Source of the DNA: Parcubacteria group bacterium Gr01-1014_30
GTDB taxonomy: Bacteria; Patescibacteriota; Minisyncoccia; Minisyncoccales; 2-12-FULL-40-12
Length of the DNA stretch: 50,692 bases
Assembly: GCA_007376185.1 (NCBI GenBank)
Contig: VMFS01000008.1
Span: 1-50,692 of the forward strand
Direction of reading: 5' to 3'
The notes under the pieces were generated by a model. That model was given only the letters and a program-made list of their open reading frames with translations, had not been told where the DNA came from and did not search any database. This document shows positions 47,588 through 50,692 of this stretch, one piece after another. How positions within the stretch are numbered: position 1 is the first letter of the stretch; every line of letters begins with the position of its first letter. A program made the translations under genes and the position numbers.

Positions 47588-50245
47588 ATGATTACCCGTT
47601 TTCTAAGAAACAACCTGTTTTCTTTCTGGTTTCAGTGGCAGTTTTTAATGGTTCCCAAAACCATTTTGCGCGCCTGGGGAAATTTTTTGAGGTTTAACTT
47701 CAACTATTTTTCAATTTTCGTACTCATCAAAACGTTTTTTGCTCCGTGGCACAAATACAAGATGTCCTACGGCAGGCGTTTGGACCCGTGGAGATACTTT
47801 GAAGCATTTGTTTTCAACTCAATGTCGCGCGCAATCGGAGCCTTTTTACGGCTCTTTTTCATTGGTCTTGGCATTTTGGGCGAGCTCGTTCTTGTTTTTG
47901 CCGGAGCTTTATTTTTCATCTGCTGGCTTGTTTTGCCAGCTCTTTTGGCGCTGTGGTTTTTGTTTGGTTTTTGGCTATTGTCCGTTAACGAGATTTTCGC
48001 GCTAATTGTTCTTTTGTCGGCTTTTGGTTTAGCTTTTTTATACGCAAAGGGCTTGTTTGACTTCAGGATTGAAAAGCCGCGAGGCAATTTGGCTTTTGAG
48101 GTTGCCAGGGCTATTGGCAAATCCAAGAGAAACTCCTGCCGTTTGCTTTATTTTCTTATTTCCGACAATCCAAAAATGAACTTTATATTCTCCCGAGCCC
48201 TTCTAGATAAAGAAGAAATTAAAAAAAAGTTAAAAGAACATTTTAAGGAGTCAGAGTCCGGGGACTTTAATGAGATTATTTCAGAGGCGCTGAAAATGGC
48301 TCAGGCAGGGGGGGTAGTTGGAATAGGAGATGTGCTTCGCGTTTTGGCAAGGCGCAACAGCGTTTTTCAGCAAATTTTAGTTCAAAACGATTTGAGGCCC
48401 CAAGATATTGACAACTTGGTCAGGTGGCAGGAATATCTTGAGGAAAAAATTTCAGAAAGAAGAAAATTCTGGGAGTGGAAAAGCCTGGTAAAAAAAGGAA
48501 GCTTGGCAAAACAGTGGACCGCGGGCTATACCATAACTTTGGACCGGTATTCAACCGACATAACCGCTCTTTTGAAAAAACAGGGTTTCCCGGAAGTAAT
48601 CGGGCATAGAGCAGAGTTTGAGTCAATGGAGAGAATTCTTTCCCAAAGAGAAAGCAGAAACAGCGTTTTAATAGTAGGGGAGCCGGGCTCGGGGCGCAGG
48701 AGTATAATAAGAGAATTGGCTCAAAAGTGCGCTTTGGGCCAAAGCCTGCCCGAGTTGAACTACAAGAGAGTGGTAGAACTCAATCTGCCTCCTTTGCTTG
48801 CGCAGACGGAAGCCGAAGAAACCGAAAGTTTGTTGGATGTCATTTTCCGCGAAGCGGTTTTTGCCGGCAACGTAATTTTGGTCATTGACAACTTTCATAA
48901 CTTTGTGTCGAGGGCAGCAGGACCCGGAGTCGCGGACATTTCCGGCCAATTGCTTCCTTTCTTGCAGTTGCCGCAGTTTCAAGTGGTGGCAATAACCAGT
49001 TTTGAACACTTTCACAAAGTCATTGAGCAAAACTCTCAGCTCTTTGCTCTTTTTGAAAAGGTTGATGTTTCGGAAATTTCTGTTGAAGAAACTTTCATAC
49101 TTTTGGAAAGGTTGACTTTGGTTTTGGAAAGAAAGTTTAAAACGTTCGTTTCTTATCCGGCTCTCGGAGCTATTGTAAAAATGGCGGATAAATACCTGCC
49201 GGCAATCCCTTTTCCCGAGAAAGCGACTGATTTGCTGGAGTCGGTTGTTATTCGCGCTTCACAGCTGAAAGAAAAAGTCGTTTTGCCATCGGACGTGGCG
49301 AACATTGTAAGAGAGAAAACCCACATTCCGGTTGGTGAAATTGAATCCAAAGAGCGCGGTGTTTTGCTCAATTTAGAGAAGTTGATTCATCAAAGAATCG
49401 TTGATCAGGAAGAAGCGGTCAAAGAGGTGTCAACGGCCTTAAGAAGGGCGAGGTCTGAAGTGGAAGCAAGAAAGGGGCCAATGGGGAGTTTTTTGTTTTT
49501 GGGGCCAACTGGCGTGGGTAAAACAGAAACGGCAAAAGCGCTCTCAGAGGTTTATTTTGGCTCAGAGCAAAGAATGATTCGGCTTGATATGTCAGAGTTC
49601 CAAGCGCTTTTAGATATTCCGCGGCTTTTAGGCGGCGTGGGGCAAGAAGGTCTTTTGACAACTCCGGTCAGAGACAATCCTTTCTCCTTGGTACTTTTGG
49701 ACGAACTTGAAAAAGCCCATCCCAACATTCTGAACTTGTTTTTGCAGGTTCTTGACGAAGGGCATATTACCGACGGCACCGGCCGCAAAGTTGATTTTAA
49801 AAACTCAATAGTCATTGCCACCTCAAACGCCGGCTACCAAGTGATTTTGGAGGCCTTGCGGCGGCAGATTGAGTGGGCGCAGATAAAAAGCAAGATTTTG
49901 GACCGCCTCTTTGCCGAGGGAGTTTTTCGGCCAGAGTTCATCAACCGATTTGACGCTGTAGTGGTTTTCAAACCATTGAGCAAAGAAAACCTGCTGGATG
50001 TTGCTCAACTTCTTTTGCAAGGGTTGAAGAAAAACCTTATTGAAAAAGGAATTGAGTTTCTTGTTACCGAAGCGCTGAAAGAAAAAATGGCTGAGCTCGG
50101 CTACAGCCCGGTTTTCGGCGCGAGGCAAATGCGAAGAGTGATTCAAGACAAGGTGGAAAATGTTCTGGCTCAGGCCATTTTGTCCGGCCGGCTGACACGC
50201 GGCTCAAGGGCCGAAATTAACCCTGAAACCTTTGAGCTGAAATAA
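47588..50245 (+). CDS. ClpA/ClpB-family AAA+ ATPase with N-terminal membrane domain
   Basis: Degenerate first Walker A GEPGSGRR, second GPTGVGKT, LDELEKAH, FRPEFINRFD, FGARQMRR. Confidence 0.88.
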   Translation: MITRFLRNNLFSFWFQWQFLMVPKTILRAWGNFLRFNFNYFSIFVLIKTFFAPWHKYKMSYGRRLDPWRYFEAFVFNSMSRAIGAFLRLFFIGLGILGELVLVFAGALFFICWLVLPALLALWFLFGFWLLSVNEIFALIVLLSAFGLAFLYAKGLFDFRIEKPRGNLAFEVARAIGKSKRNSCRLLYFLISDNPKMNFIFSRALLDKEEIKKKLKEHFKESESGDFNEIISEALKMAQAGGVVGIGDVLRVLARRNSVFQQILVQNDLRPQDIDNLVRWQEYLEEKISERRKFWEWKSLVKKGSLAKQWTAGYTITLDRYSTDITALLKKQGFPEVIGHRAEFESMERILSQRESRNSVLIVGEPGSGRRSIIRELAQKCALGQSLPELNYKRVVELNLPPLLAQTEAEETESLLDVIFREAVFAGNVILVIDNFHNFVSRAAGPGVADISGQLLPFLQLPQFQVVAITSFEHFHKVIEQNSQLFALFEKVDVSEISVEETFILLERLTLVLERKFKTFVSYPALGAIVKMADKYLPAIPFPEKATDLLESVVIRASQLKEKVVLPSDVANIVREKTHIPVGEIESKERGVLLNLEKLIHQRIVDQEEAVKEVSTALRRARSEVEARKGPMGSFLFLGPTGVGKTETAKALSEVYFGSEQRMIRLDMSEFQALLDIPRLLGGVGQEGLLTTPVRDNPFSLVLLDELEKAHPNILNLFLQVLDEGHITDGTGRKVDFKNSIVIATSNAGYQVILEALRRQIEWAQIKSKILDRLFAEGVFRPEFINRFDAVVVFKPLSKENLLDVAQLLLQGLKKNLIEKGIEFLVTEALKEKMAELGYSPVFGARQMRRVIQDKVENVLAQAILSGRLTRGSRAEINPETFELK

Positions 50246-50259
50246 CTACAGTTTATTTG

Positions 50260-50290
50260 TAAAAACGCCCAAGACATATTGGGCGTTTTT
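50260..50290. terminator. Bidirectional terminator-like hairpin
   Basis: AAAAACGCCCAA...TTGGGCGTTTTT. Confidence 0.65.
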
Positions 50291-50294
50291 GGTT

Positions 50295-50442
50295 TGTGCA
50301 TAATCTGTGGATAAAAAGCTCTCTTCATCTTAATTTGACGGTTGTTAAGGTGGGTTGACTCTATGTTACGAAATGAGGTAAAGTGATTACAGGTGGGGAA
50401 TTGTGGATAACTATGTGGAAAAGTCCCTTAATCTGTGGATAA
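50295..50442. promoter_or_regulatory. DnaA-box cluster
   Basis: TGTGCATAA 50295; TGTGGATAA 50306, 50402 and 50434; TGTGGAAAA 50414. Confidence 0.7.
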
Positions 50443-50613
50443 CCCCGCCTCCTATCCCTCTATTTCAGTTTATTGAACTATACCAATTTTATTCTCCACT
50501 AAAGACCAGGAGTAAAACCAATGGCTTAGGAGGCGGGGCCAGCTCTCTTAGCTGAATAAATTTACCTTAATTTAGAGAGCTGGCTTCAAGCGAAACCCCG
50601 CCCTCTATGCTGT

Positions 50614-50692
50614 ATGTATTATGTTTATATAGGTAAGCAGAAAAGTAATGATAAATTTTACATCGGTTATACTAAAGACTTAATACAGCGAA
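50614..50692 (+). CDS. GIY-YIG nuclease family protein, truncated by the window end
   Basis: Manual translation MYYVYIGKQKSNDKFYIGYTKDLIQR. Confidence 0.8.
   Translation, partial: MYYVYIGKQKSNDKFYIGYTKDLIQR

Overview
Chromosomal window from a Patescibacteria (CPR, most likely Parcubacteria-type) bacterium; the lineage is inferred from the divergent 16S rRNA and the gene repertoire. Left half (1-23 kb): cfa and a long minus-strand purine biosynthesis cluster (two archaeal-type purP-like genes, folD, purN, purD, purF, purQ, purL, purC, purB, purE, purM), interrupted by a pyruvate dehydrogenase E1a/E1b/E2, lipoate ligase, thioredoxin and Maf block. Middle (23-26.3 kb): a GC-rich island behind a consensus sigma70 promoter, with a hairpin-dense leader and three orphan ORFs that carry strong Shine-Dalgarno sites and are each followed by a conserved, covarying structured module. 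Next come a stand-alone 16S rRNA (no anti-SD tail, 130-nt insertion in V1, very long processing stem, no adjacent 23S) and tRNA-Ile, then ppa, archaeal-type FBP aldolase/phosphatase, L25, a lytic transglycosylase, prfA, thrS, a Cys-rich protein, a RelE-type toxin-antitoxin pair, dnaE, rnhB, surface proteins, a Clp ATPase, a DnaA-box cluster and the start of a GIY-YIG nuclease. Several families of small palindromic repeats recur across the window, and some sit inside the 16S rRNA or in frame inside housekeeping proteins. Many housekeeping genes look leaderless. All alignments and folds were done by eye.
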